Source of the DNA: the human T2T-CHM13v2.0 reference genome, Homo sapiens
Assembly (NCBI RefSeq): GCF_009914755.1
Contig: NC_060928.1
Direction: 5' to 3' (one strand)
Length of the DNA stretch: 64,000 nt
In this document: positions 44,353-60,100 of the stretch, piece by piece
Layout: each line of letters opens with the position of its first letter
Position numbering within the stretch: position 1 is the stretch's first letter
Translations under genes and position numbers: made by a program
Notes under the pieces: generated by a model
Seen by the model: only the letters and a program-made list of their open reading frames with translations
Told to the model about the DNA's origin: nothing
Database searches by the model: none

Positions 44353-47300
44353 TTGGGTACTTTGATATTTTATGTACAGTATATAATACATACTTTGGGT
44401 ACTTTGATATTTCATGCACAGTATACAATATATAGTTTGAGTACTTTGATATTTTATGTACTGTATAAAATATATAGTTTTGGTACTTTGATATTTTATG
44501 TACAGTATATAGTTTCAGTACTTTGATATTTTATGTACAGTTTGTTATAAATGCTTGGGTGCTTTCATATTTTATGTACAGTATATAATACATACTTTGG
44601 GCACTTTGATATCTTATGTACAGTATATAATACATACTTTGGGTTCTCTGATATTTTCTGTACAGTGTATAATACATAATTTGGGTACTTTGATATTTTA
44701 TGTACAGCATATAATACATACGTTGGGTACTTTGATATATTATGTAGAGTATATAATACATACTTTGGGTACTTTGATATTTTATGTACAGTATATAATC
44801 CATAGTTTGTGTACTTTTATATTTTATGTACAGTATATAATACATACTTTGGGTACTTTCATGTTTTATGTACAGTATATAATATATAGTTTGGGTACTT
44901 TGATATTTTATCTACAGCTTATAATACTTAATTTGGGTAATTTGACATTTTATGTACAGTATATAATACATACTTTGGGTAGTTTGATATTTTATGTACA
45001 GTATATAATACATACTTTCGGTACTTTGATATTTTATGTACAGTATATAATATATAGTTTGGGTAGTTTGATATTTTATGTACAGTATATAATACATACT
45101 TTGTGTACTTTGATATTTTATGTACAGTATATAATATATAGTTTGGGTACTTTGATAATTTATGTACAGTGTATAACACATACTTTGGGTACTTTGATAT
45201 TTTATGTACAGTATATAATACATACTTTGGGTACTTTGATATTTTATGTACAGTATATAATACATACTTTGGGTACTTTGATATTTTATGTACAGTATAC
45301 AATATATACTTTGACTACTTTGATATTTTATGTTCAGTATAGAATATATAGTTTTGGTAGTTTGATATTTTATGTACAGTATATAGTTTGAGTACATTGA
45401 TATTTTATGTTCACTTTATTATAAATGTTTGGATACTTTCATATTTTATGTACAGTATATAATACATACTTTGGGCACTTTGATATTTTATGTACAGTAT
45501 ACAATACATACTTTGGGTACTTTGATATTTTATGTACAGTATATAATACATAATTTGGGTACTTTGATATTTTATGTACAGTATATAATGCATACTTTGG
45601 GTAGTTTGATGTTTTATGTACAGTATATAATACATACTTAGGGTACTTTGACATTTTATGTGCAGTATATAATACATACTTTGGATACTTTATTATTTTA
45701 AATACAGTATGTAATACATACTTTGGGTACTTTGATATTTCATGTACAGTATATAATACATACTTTGGTACTTTTATATTTCATGTACAGTATATTATAT
45801 ATAGTTTGGGTACTTTGATATTTTATGTACAGTATATAATACATAGTTTGGGTATTTTGATATTTTATGTACAGTATATAATACATACTTTGGGTACTTT
45901 GATATTTTATGGACAGTATGTAATATATAGTTTGGGTACTTTGATATTTTATGTGCAGTATATAACACATACTTTCGGTAGTTGGATATTTTATGTACAG
46001 TATATAATACATACTTTCGGTAATTCGATATTTGATGTACAGTATACTATATATAGTTTGGGTACTTTGATATTTTATGTCGGGTATAAAATAAATAGTT
46101 TTGGTACTTAGATATTTTATGTACAGTATATAGTTTGAGTACTTTGATATTTTATGTACAGTTTATTATAAATGGGTGCTTTCATATTTTATGTACAGTA
46201 TATAATACATACTATGGGAACTTTGATATTTTATGTACAGTATATAATACATACTTTGGGTACTTTGATATTTTATGTGCAGTATATAACACATACTTTC
46301 GGTACTTGGATATTTTATGTACAGTATATAATACATAATTTGGGTACTTCCATATTTTATGTACAGTATGCTATATATAGTTTGGGTACTTTGATATTTT
46401 ATGTCCAGTATAAAATAAAAAGTTTTGGTAATTTGATATTTTATGTACAGTGTATCGTTTGAGTACTTTGATATTTAATGTACAGTTTATTATAAATGTT
46501 CGGGTGCTTTCATATTTTATGTACTGTATATAATACATACTTTGAGCACTTTGATATTTTATGTACAGTATATAATACATAATTTGGGTAATTTGATATT
46601 TTATGTAGAGTATATAATACATACATTGGGTACTTTGATATTTTATGTACAGTATATAATATATAGTTAGGGTACTTTGATATTTTATATACAGTATATA
46701 ACATATATTATGTGTACTTTGATATATTATGTACAGTATATAATATATAGTTTGGGTAATTTGATATTTTATGTACAGTATACAATATATAGTATTGGTA
46801 CTTTGATATTTCATGTAAAGTATATAGTTTGAGTACTTTGATATTTTATATACAGTTCATTATAAATGTTTGGGTACCTTCATATTTTATGTACAGTATA
46901 TAATACATACTTTGGGAACTTTTATTTTATGTGCAGTATATAATACATACTTTGGGTACTTTGATATTTTATGTACAGTATATAATACACACTGGGTACT
47001 TTGATAGTTTATGTACAGTATATAATACACACTTTGGGTACTTTGATATTTTATGTACAGTATATAATACATACTTTGGGTACTTTGATGTATTATGTAC
47101 TGTATATAATACATACTTTGGGTACTTTGATATTTTATGTACAGTATATAATACATACTTTGAGTACTTTGATATTTTATGTACAGTATATAATACATAC
47201 TTTGGGTACTTTAATATTTTATGTATAGTATATAATACCTAGTTTGGGTACTTTGATATTTTGTGGACAGTATATAATACATGGTTTGGGTAAGTTGATA

Positions 47301-50300
47301 TATTATGTACGGTATATAATATATAGTTTGGGTACTTTGATATTTTATATACAGTATATAATACATACTTTGGGTACTTTGATATTTTTTGTACAGTATG
47401 TAAAACATACTTTGGGGAGTTTGATATTTTATGAACAGTATATAATACACATTTTGGGTACTTTGATATTTTATGTAGAGTATATAATACATACTTTGGG
47501 TACTTTGATATTTTACGTACAGTATATAATACATACGTTGGGTACTTTGATATTTTATGTACAGTATATAATACATACATTGGGTACTTCGATATTTTAT
47601 GTACAGTACCCTATATATAGTTTGGGTATTTTGATATTTTATGTCCAGTATAAAATAAATAGTTTTGTTACTTTGATATTTTATGTACAGGTTATAGTTT
47701 GAGTACTTTGATATTTAATGTTCAGTTTATTATAAATGTTTGGGTGCTTTCATATTTTATACACAGTATATAATACATACTTTGGGCACTTTGATATTTT
47801 CTGTACAGTATATAATACATACTTTGGGTACTTTGATATTTTATGTACGGTATATAATACATACATTGGGTACTTTGATATTTTATGTACAGTATATAAT
47901 ATATAGTTTGGGTACTTTGATATTTTATATACAGTATATAATATATATTATGTGTACTTTGATATATTATGTGCAGTATATAATATATAGTTTGGGTTGT
48001 TTGATATTTTATGTACAGTATATAATATATAGTTTGGGTAGATTGATATTTTAAGTACAGTATGTAATATATAGTTTGTGTTATTTGATATTTTATGTAC
48101 AGTATGCAATATATAGTATTGGTACTTTGATATTTCATGTAAAGTATATAGTTTGAGTACTTTGATATTTTATATACAGTTTATTATAAATGTTTGGGTA
48201 CCTTCATATTTTATGTACAGTATATAATACATACTTTGGGAACTTTTATTTTATGTGCAGTATATAATACATACTTTGGGTACTTTGATATTTTATGTAC
48301 AGTATATAATACACACTTTGGGTACTTTGATATTTTATGTACAGTATATAATACACACTTTGGGTACTTTGATATTTTATGTACAGTATATAATAGATAC
48401 TTTGGGTACTTTGATGTATTATGTACAGTATATAATACATACTTTGGGTACTTTGATATTTTATGTATAGTATAAAATATATAGTTTGGGTAGTTTGATA
48501 TTTTAAGTATAGTATATGATTCATACTTGGGGTACTTAGATATTTTATCTACAGTGTATAATAAATACTATTGGTACTTTGATATATTATGTACAATATA
48601 TAATACATACTTTGGGTACTTTGATATTTTATGTAAAGTATATAATACATACTTTGGGTACTTTGATATTTTATGTATAGTATATAATACATACATTGGG
48701 TACTTTCATATTTCATGTACAGTATATAATATATACTTTGGGTACTTTGGTATATTATGTACTGTATATAATACATACTTTGAGTACTTTGATATTTTAT
48801 GTACAGTATATAATACATACTTTGTGTACTTTGATATTTTATGTACAGTATACAATATATACTTTGTGTACTTTGATATTTTATGTCCAGTATAGAATAC
48901 ATAGTTTTGGTAGTTTGATATTTTATGTACAGTATATAGTTTGAGTACTTTCACATTTTATGTACAGTTTATTATAAATGTTTGGGTGTTTTCATATTTT
49001 ATGTACTGTATATAATACATACATTGGGCACTTTGATATATTATGTACAGTATATAATACATACTTTGGGTACTCTGATATTTTATGTACAGTATATAAT
49101 ACATAATTTGGGTAGTTTGATATTTTATGTACAGTATATAATACATACTATGAGTGCTTTGATATATTATGTACAGTATATAATACATATTTTGGGTACT
49201 TTGATATTTTATGTCCAGTATATAATACATAGTTTGTGTACTTTGATATTTTATGTACAGTATATAATACATATTTTGGGTACTTTGATATTTTATGCAC
49301 ATTATATAATACATACTTTGGGTACTTTCTTATTTTATGTACAGTATATAATATATAGTTTGGGTACTTTGATATTTTATCTACAGCTTATAATACATAC
49401 TTTGGGTACTTTGATATTTTATGTACAGTATAAAGTTTGAGTACTTTGATATTTTATGTACAGTTTATTATTAATGTTTGGGTACTTTGATATTTTATGT
49501 ACAGTATATAATGCATAATTTGGGTAATTTGATATTTTATGTACAGTATATAATATATACTTTGTGTATTTTGATATTGTATGTACAGTATATAATATAT
49601 AGTTTGAGTACTTTGATATTTTATGTACAGTATATAACACATACTTTTGGTACTTTGATATTTTATGTACAGTATACAATACATACTTTGGGTACATCCA
49701 TATTTCATGTACAGTATACTATATATAGTTTGGGTACTTTGATATTTTATGTCCAGTATAAAATAAATAGTTTTGGTACTTTGATATTTTATGTACAGTA
49801 CATAGTTTGAGTTCTTTGATATTTTATGTACAGTTTATTATAAATGTTTGGGTGCTTTCATATTTTATGTACAGTATATAATACGTACCTTGGGCACTGT
49901 GATATTTTATGTTGAGTATATAATACATACTTTGGTTACTTTTATATTTTATGTACATTATATAATACATAGTTTGGGTACCTTCATATTTTATGTACAT
50001 TATATAATACATACTTTGGGTAAATTGATGTTTTATGTACAGTATATAATACATATTTTGGGTACCTTGATATTTTATGTACAGTATATAATACATACAT
50101 TGGGTACTTTCATATTTTATGTACAGTATATAATACATACTTTGGGCACTTTGATATTTTATGTTCAGTATATAATGCACACTTTGGGTACTTTGATATT
50201 TTATGTACAGTATATAATACATACTTTGGGTACCTTGATATTTTATGTACAGTATATAATACATACATTGGGTACTTTCATATTTTATGTACAGTGTATA

Positions 50301-53300
50301 ATATATCATTTGTGTACTTTGATATTTTATGTATAGCTTATAATACATACTTTGGGTACTTTGATATTTTATGTACAGTATATAATACATAATTTGGGTA
50401 CCTTGATATTTTATGTACAGTATAAAATACATACTTTGTGTACTCTGATATTTTATGTACAGTAGATAACACATAGTTTGTGTACTTTGATATTTTATGT
50501 ACAGTATATAATACATACTTTGGGTACCTTGATATTTTATGTACAGTATATAATACATACATTGGGTACTTTCATATTTTATGTACAGTATATAATATAT
50601 CATTTGGGTACTTTGATATTTTATGTATAGCTTATAATACATACTTTGGGTACTTAGATATTTTATGTACAGTATACAATATATAGTTTGAGTACTTTGA
50701 TATTTAATGTACAGTATATAATACACACTTTGCGTACTTTGATATTTTATGTAAAGTATGTAATACATATTTTGGGTACTTTGATATTTTATGTATAGTA
50801 TGTAATACACACTTTGGGTAGTTTGATATTTTATGTACAGTATGTAAAACATACTTTGGGTAGTTTGATATTTTATGATCAGTATATAATACACATTTTG
50901 GGTACTTTGATATTTTATGTACAGTATATAATACATACTTTGGGTACTTTGACATTTTATGTACAGTATATAATGCATAATTTGGGTACTTTGATAGTTT
51001 ATGCACAGTATATAATACATACTATGGGTACTTTGATATTTTATCTACAGTATATAATACATACTTTGGGTACTTTGATATACTATGTACAGTATATAAT
51101 ACATAGTTTGGGTACTTTGATATTTTATGTACAGTATGTAAAACATACTTTGGGGAGTTTGATATTTTATGAACAGTATATAATACACCCTTTGGGTACT
51201 TTGATATTTTATGTACAGTATATAATACATACTGTGGGTACTTTGATATTTTATGTACAGTGTATAATACATAATTTGGGTAGTTTGATATTTTATGTAC
51301 AGTATATAATACATAAATTGTGTACTTCGGTATTTTATGTGCACTACACTATATATAGTTTGGGTACTTTGATATTTTATGTCCAGTATAAAATAAATAG
51401 TTTTGGTACTTTGATATTTTATGTACAGTATATAGTTTGAGTACTTTGATATTTAATGTACAGTTTATTATAAATGTTTGGGTGCTTTCATATTTTATAT
51501 ACAGTATATAATACATAATTTGGGCACTTTGATATTTTATGTATAGTATATAATACATATTTTGGGTACTTTGATATTTTATGTACGGTATATAATACAT
51601 ACATTGGGTACTTTGATATTTTATGTACAGTATATAATATATAGTTTGGGTACTTTGATATTTTATATACAGTATATAATATATATTATGTGTACTTTGA
51701 TATATTATGTACAGTATATAATATATAGTTTGGGTAATTTGATATTTTATGTACAGTATACAATATATAGTATTGGTACTTTGATATTTCATGTAAAGTA
51801 TATAGTTTGAGTACTTTGATATTTTACATACAGTTTATTATAAATGTTTGGGAACCTTCATATTTTATGTATAGTATATAATACATACTTTGGGAACTTT
51901 TATTTTATGTGCAGTATATAATACATACTTTGGGTACTTTGATATTTTACGTACAGTATATAATACACACTTTGGGTACTTTGATATTTTATGTACAGTA
52001 TATAATACACACTTTGGGTACTTTGACATTTTATGTACAGTATATAATACATACTTTGGGTACTTTGATGTATTATGTACAGTATATAATACATACTTTG
52101 GGTACTTTGATATTTTATGTACAGTATATGATACGTAATTTGGCTACTTTGATATTTTATGTACAGTATATAATAAATACTTTGGGTACTTTAATATTTT
52201 ATGTATAGTATATAATACCTACTTTGGGTAGTTTGATATTTTATGGACAGTATATAATACTTGATTTGGGTAATTTGATATTTTATGTACAGTATATAAT
52301 ATATAGTTTGGGTACTTTGATATTTTATATACAGTATATAATACATACTTTGGGTACTTTGATATTTTATGTACAGTATATAATACATACTTTGGGTACT
52401 TTGATATTTTATGTACAGTATGTAAAACATACTTTGGGTACTTTGATATTTTATGTACTATATAAGATATATAGTTTTGGTTCTTTGAGATTTTATGTAC
52501 AGTATATAGTTTGAGTACTTTGATATTTTATGTACAGTTTATTATAAATGTTTGGTTACTTTCACATTTTATGTACAGTATATAATACATAATTTGGGCA
52601 CTTTGATATTTTATGTACAGTATATAATACATACTTTGAGTACTTTTGTATTTTATGTACAGTATATAATACATAGTTTGGGTACTTTGATATTTAATGT
52701 ATAGTATATAATACACACTTTGCGTACTTTGATATTTTATGTAAAGTATGTAATACATACATTGGGTACTTTGATATTTTATGTACAGTATGTAATACAC
52801 ACTTTGGGTACTTTGATATGTTATGTACAGTATGTAAAACATACTTTGGGTAGTTTGGTATTTTATGATCAGTATATAATACATATTTTGGGTACTTTGA
52901 TATTTTATGTACAGTATATAATACATACTTTGGGTACTTTGATAGTTTATGTACAGTATATAATGCATAATTTGGGTACTTTTATAGTTTATGCACAGTA
53001 TATAATACATACTTTGGGTACTTTGATATTTTATGTACAGTATATAATGCATACTTTGGGTACTTTGATAGTTTATGTACAGTATACAATACATACTTTG
53101 GGTACTTTGATATTTTATGTACAGTATATAATATGTAGTTTGGGTACTTTGATATTTTAACTACAGTATATAATACATACTTTGGGTACTTTGATATTTT
53201 ATCTACAGTATATAATACATACTTTGGGTACTTTGACATATTATGTACAGTATATAATACATAGTTTGGGTACTTTGATATTTTTTGTACAGTATGTAAA

Positions 53301-54112
53301 ACATACTTTGGGGAGTTTGATATTTTACGAACAGTATATAATACACATTTTGGGTACTTTGATATTTTATGTACAGTATATAATAGATACTTTGGGTACT
53401 TTGATATTTTATGTACAGTATATAATACATACATTGGGTACTTCGATATTTTATGTGCAGTACACTATATATAGTTTGGGTACTTTGATATTTTATGTCC
53501 AGTATAAAATAAATAGTTTTGGTACTTTGATATTTTATGTACAGTATATAGTTTGAGTACTTTGATATTTAATGTACAGTTTATTATAAATGTTTGGGTG
53601 CTTTCATATTTTATATACAGTATATAATACATACTTTGGGCACTTTGATATTTAATGTACAGTATATAATACATTCTTTGGGTACTTTCATATTTTATGT
53701 ACTGTATATAATACATTCATTGGGTACTTTGATATTTTATGTACAGTATATAATATATAGTTTGGTTACTTTCATATTTTATATACAGTATATAATATAT
53801 ATTATGTGTACTTTGATAAATTATGTACAGTATATAATATATAGTATGGGTTGTTTGATATTTTATGTACAGTATATAATATATAGTTTGGGTAGTTTGG
53901 TATTTTTAGTACAGTATGTAATATATAGTTTGTTTTATTTGATATTTTATGTACAGTATACAATATATAGTATTGGTACTTTGATATTTCATGTAAAGTA
54001 TATAGTTTGAGTACTTTGATATTTTATATGCAGTTTATTATAAATGTTTGGGTACCTTCGTATTTTATGTACAGAATATAATACATACTTTGGGAACTTT
54101 TATTTTATGTGC

Positions 54113-57100
54113 AGTATATAATACATACTTTGGGTACTTTGATATTTTATGTACAGTATATAACATATACTTTTGGAACTTTGATATTTTATGTACAGTA
54201 TGTAAAACATACTTCGGGTACTTTGATATTTTATGTACAGTATATAATACATACTATTGGTACTTTGATATTTTATGTACATTATACAATATATAGTTAG
54301 AGTACTTTGATATTTTATGTCCAGGATAATATATATAGATTTCGTACTTTGATATTTTATGTACAGAATATAGTTTGAGTACTTTGATATTGTATGTACA
54401 CTTTATTATAAAAGTTTGGGTACTTTCATATTTTACATACAGTATATAATACATACTTTGGGCACTTTGATGTTTTATGTACAGTATATAATACTTACTT
54501 TACGTTCTTTTATATTTTATGTACAGCATATAATACAAAATTTGGGGACTTTTATATTTTATGTACATTATATAATACATACTTTGGGTACTTTTATATT
54601 TTATGTACGGTATATAATACATACTTTGGGTACTTTGATATATTATGTACAGTATATAATACATACTTTGGGTACTTTGATATATTATGTACAGTATATA
54701 ATACATACTTAGGGTACTTTGACATTTTATGTACAGTATATAATACATACTTTGGGTACTTTGATATTTTATGAACAGTATATAAAACATACTTTGGGTA
54801 CTTTGATATTTTATGTACTGTATATAATACATACTTTGGGTACTTTTATATTTTATGTACAGTATATAATATATAGTTTGGGTACTTTGATATTTTATGT
54901 ACGGTATATAATACATACGTTGGGTACTTTGATATTTTATGTATAGTATATAATACATACTTTGGGTACTTTGATATTGTATGTACAGTATACAATATAT
55001 AGTTTGAGTACTTTGATATTTTATGTACTGTATAAAATATATAGTTTTGGTACTTTGATATTTTATGTATAGTATATAGTTTGAGTACTTTGATATTTTA
55101 TGTACAGTTTTTTATAAATATTTGGGTGCTTTCATATTTTATGTACAGTATATAATACATACTAAGCGCACTTTGATATTTTATGTACAGTATATAATAC
55201 ATACTTTGGTTACTCTGATATTTTATGTACAGTGTATAATACATACTTTGGGTACTTTGATATTTTATGTACAATATATAATACATACGTTGGGAACTTT
55301 GACATATTATGTACACTATATAATTCATACTTTGGGTACTTTGATATTTTATGTACAGTATATAATACATAGTTTGTGTACTTTGATATTTTATGTACAG
55401 TATATAATACATACTTTGGGTACTTTGATATTTTATATACAGTATATAATACATACTTTGGGTACTTTCATATTTTATGTACAGTATATAATATATAGTT
55501 TGGGTACTTTGATATTTTATCTACAGCTTATAATACATACTTTGGGTACTTTGATATTTTATGTATAGTATATAATACATACTTTGGGTAGTTTGATATT
55601 TTATGTACAGTATACAATATATAGTTTGTGTACTTTGATATTTTAGGTACAGTATATAATACATACTTTGGGTACTTTGATATTTTATGTACAGTATATA
55701 ATATATACTTTTGGAACTTTGATATTTTATGTACAGTATGTAAAACATACTTCGGGTACTTTGATATTTTATGTACAGTATATAATACATACTATTGGTA
55801 CTTTGATATTTTATGTACATTATACAATATATAGTTTGAGTACTTTGATATTTTATGTCCAGGATAATATATATAGATTTCGTACTTTGATATTTTATGT
55901 ACAGAATATAGTTTGAGTACTTTGATATTGTATGTACACTTTATTATAAAAGTTTGGGTACTTTCATATTTTACATACAGTATATAATACATACTTTGGG
56001 CACTTTGATGTTTTATGTACAGTATATAATACTTACTTTACATTCTTTTATATTTTATGTACAGCATATAATACAAAATTTGGGGACTTTTATATTTTAT
56101 GTACATTATATAATACATACTTTGGGTACTTTTATATTTTATGTACGGTATATAATACATACTTTGGGTACTTTGATATATTATGTACAGTATATAATAC
56201 ATACTTTGGGTACTTTGATATATTATGTACAGTATATAATACATACTTAGGGTACTTTGACATTTTATGTACAGTATATAATACATACTTTGGGTACTTT
56301 GATATTTTATGAACAGTATATAAAACATACTTTGGGTACTTTGATATTTTATGTACTGTATATAATACATACTTTGGGTACTTTTATATTTTATGTACAG
56401 TAAATAATATATAGTTTGGGTACTTTGATATTTTATGTACGGTATATAATACATACGTTGGGTACTTTGATATTTTATGTATAGTATATAATACATACTT
56501 TGGGTACTTTGATATTGTATGTACAGTATACAATATATAGTTTGAGTACTTTGATATTTTATGTACTGTATAAAATATATAGTTTTGGTACTTTGATATT
56601 TTATGTATAGTATATAGTTTGAGTACTTTGATATTTTATGTACAGTTTTTTATAAATATTTGGGTGCTTTCATAATTTATGTACAGTATATAATACATAC
56701 TAAGCGCACTTTGATATTTTATGTACAGTATATAATACATACTTTGGTTACTCTGATATTTTATGTACAGTGTATAATACATACTTTGGGTACTTTGATA
56801 TTTTATGTACAATATATAATACATACGTTGGGAACTTTGACATATTATGTACAGAATATAATTCATACTTTGGGTACTTTGATATTTTATGTACAGTATA
56901 TAATACATAGTTTGTGTACTTTGATATTTTATGTACAGTATATAATACATACTTTGGGTACTTTGATATTTTATATACAGTATATAATACATACTTTGGG
57001 TACTTTCATATTTTATGTACAGTATATAATATATAGTTTGGGTACTTTGATATTTTATCTACAGCTTATAATACATACTTTGGGTACTTTGATATTTTAT

Positions 57101-57180
57101 GTACAGTATATAATACATACTTTGGGTAGTTTGATATTTTATGTACAGTATACAATATATAGTTTGAGTACTTTGATATT
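54113..57180 (+). repeat. Tandem duplication, 2 x 1,538 bp, slightly diverged
   Basis: ORF pairs 54254/55792, 54416/55954, 54500/56038 and 55098/56636 are all offset by 1,538. Both copies share the rare variants CCAGGATAATATATATAGA and GATATTGTATGTACACT. End points are approximate. Confidence 0.9.
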
Positions 57181-60100
57181 TTATGTGCAGTATAAAATAT
57201 ATAGTTTTGGTACTTTGATATTTTATGTACAGTTTATAGTTTGAGTACTTTGATATTTTATGTACAGTTTATTATATATGTTTGGGTACTTTCATATTTG
57301 ATGTACAGTATATAATACATAATTTGGGCACTTTGATATTTTATGTACAGTATATAATACATACTTTGGGTACTTTGATATTTTATGTACAGTATATAAT
57401 ACATAATTTGGGTATCTTGATATTTTATGTACAGTATATAATGCATACTTTGGGTACTTTGATATTTTATGTACAGTATATAATGCATACTTTGAGTACT
57501 TTGATATTTTATATACAGTATATAATACATACTTTGGGTTCTTTCATATTTTATGTACAGTATATAATACACACTTTGTGTAGTTTGATATTTTATGTAC
57601 AGTATACAATATATAGTTTGAGTACTTTGATATTTTATGTCCAGTATAAAATATATAGTTTTCGTAATTGATATTTTATGTACAGAATATAGTTTGAGTA
57701 CTTTGATATTTTATGTACACTTTATTATAAATGTTTGGGTACTTTCATATTTTATGTACAGTATATAATACATACTTTGGTCTCTTTGATGTTTTATGTA
57801 CAGTATATAATACATACTTTGGGTTGTTTGATATTTTATGTGCAGAATATAATGCATAGTTTTAGGTACTTTTATATTTTATGTACAGTATATAATACAT
57901 ACTTTGGGTACTTTGATATTTTATGTACAGTATATAATACATACTTTGGGAACTTTGATATTTTATGTACAGTATGTAATACATATTTTGGGTACTTTGA
58001 TATTTTATGTACAGTATATAATACATATTATTGGTACTTTGATGTTTTATGTCCAGTATAAAATACATAGATTTCATACATTGATATTTTATGTACAGAA
58101 TATAGTTTGAGCACTTTGATATTTTATGTACACTTTATCATAAAGTTTGGGTACTTTCATATTTTACGTACAGTATATAATACATACTTTGGGCACTTTG
58201 ATGTTTTATGTACAGTATATAATACATACTTTGGGTTCTTTGATATGTTATGTACAGCATATAGTACATAATTTGGGGACTTTTATATTTTATGTACATT
58301 ATATAATACATACTTTGGGTACTTTTATATTTTATGTACGGTATATAATACATAATTTGGGTACTTTGATATATTATGTACAGTATATAATACATACTTT
58401 GGGTACTTTGATATATTATGTACAGTATATAATACATACTTAGGGTACTTTGACATTTTATGTACAGTACATAATACATATTTTGGGTACTTTGATATTT
58501 TATGTACAGTATATAATACATACTTTGGGTACTTTGATATATTATGTACAGTATATAATACATATTTTGGGTACTTTTATATTTTATGTACAGTATGTAA
58601 TATATAGTTTGGGTACTTTGATATTTTATGTACGGTATATAATACATACTTTGGGTACTTTGATATTTTATGTACGGTATATAATACATACTTTGGGTAC
58701 TTTGATATTTTATGTACAGTATATAATACATACTTTGGGTACTTTGATATTTAATGTACAGTATATAATACACACTTTGCGTACTTTGATATTTTATTTA
58801 AAGTATGTAATACATACTTTGGGTACTTTGATATTTTATGTACAGTATGTAATACACACTTTGGGTACTTTGATATTTTATGTAGAGTATGTAAAACATA
58901 CTTTGGGTAGTTTGGTATTTTATGATCAGTATATAATACATATTTTGGGTACTTTGATATTTTATGTACAGTATATAATACATATTTTGGGTACTTTGAT
59001 TTTTTATGTACAGTATATAATGCATAATTTGGGTACTTCAATAGTTTATGCACAGTATATAATACATACTTTGGGTAATTTGATATTTTAGGTACAGTAT
59101 ATAATGCATACTTTGGGTAATTTGATAGTTTATGTACAGTATAAAATACATACTTTGGGTACTTTGATATTTTACGTACAGTATATAATATGTAGTTTGG
59201 GTACTTTGATATTTTAACTACAGTATATAATACATACTTTGGGTACTTTGATATTTTATCTACAGTATATAATAGATACTTTGGGTACTTTGATATATTA
59301 TGTACAGTATATAATACATAGTTTGATTACTTTGATATTTTTTGTACAGTATGTAAAACATACTTTGGGGAGTTTGATATTTTATGAACAGTATATAATA
59401 CACATTTTGGGTACTTTGATATTTTATGTACGGTATATAATACATACTTTGGGTACTTTGATATTTTATGTCCAGTATAGAATATATAGTTTTGGTAGTT
59501 TGATATTTTATGTACAGTATATAGTTTGAGTACATTGATATTTTATGTACACTTTATTATAAATGTTTGGATACTTTCATATTTTATGTACAGTATATAA
59601 TACATACTTTGGGCACTTTGATATTTTATGTACAGTATACAATACATACTTTGGGTACTTTGATATTTTATGTACAGTATATAATACATAATTTGGGTAC
59701 TTTGATATTTTATGTACAGTATATAATGCATACTTTGGGTAGTTTGATGTTTTATGTACAGTATATAATACATACTTAGGGTACTTTGACATTTTATGTG
59801 CAGTACATAATACATACTTTGGATACTTTGTTATTTTAAATACAGTATGTAATACATATTTTGGGTACTTTGATATTTTATGTACAGTATATAATACATA
59901 CTTTGGTACTTTTATATTTCATGTACAGTATATAATATATAGTTTGGGTACTTTGATATTTTATGTACAGTATATAATACATAGTTTGGGTATTTTGATA
60001 TTTTATGTACAGTATATAATACATACTTTGGGTACTTTGATATTTTATGTACAGTATATAATATATAGTTTGGGTACTTTGATATTTTATGTGCAGTATA

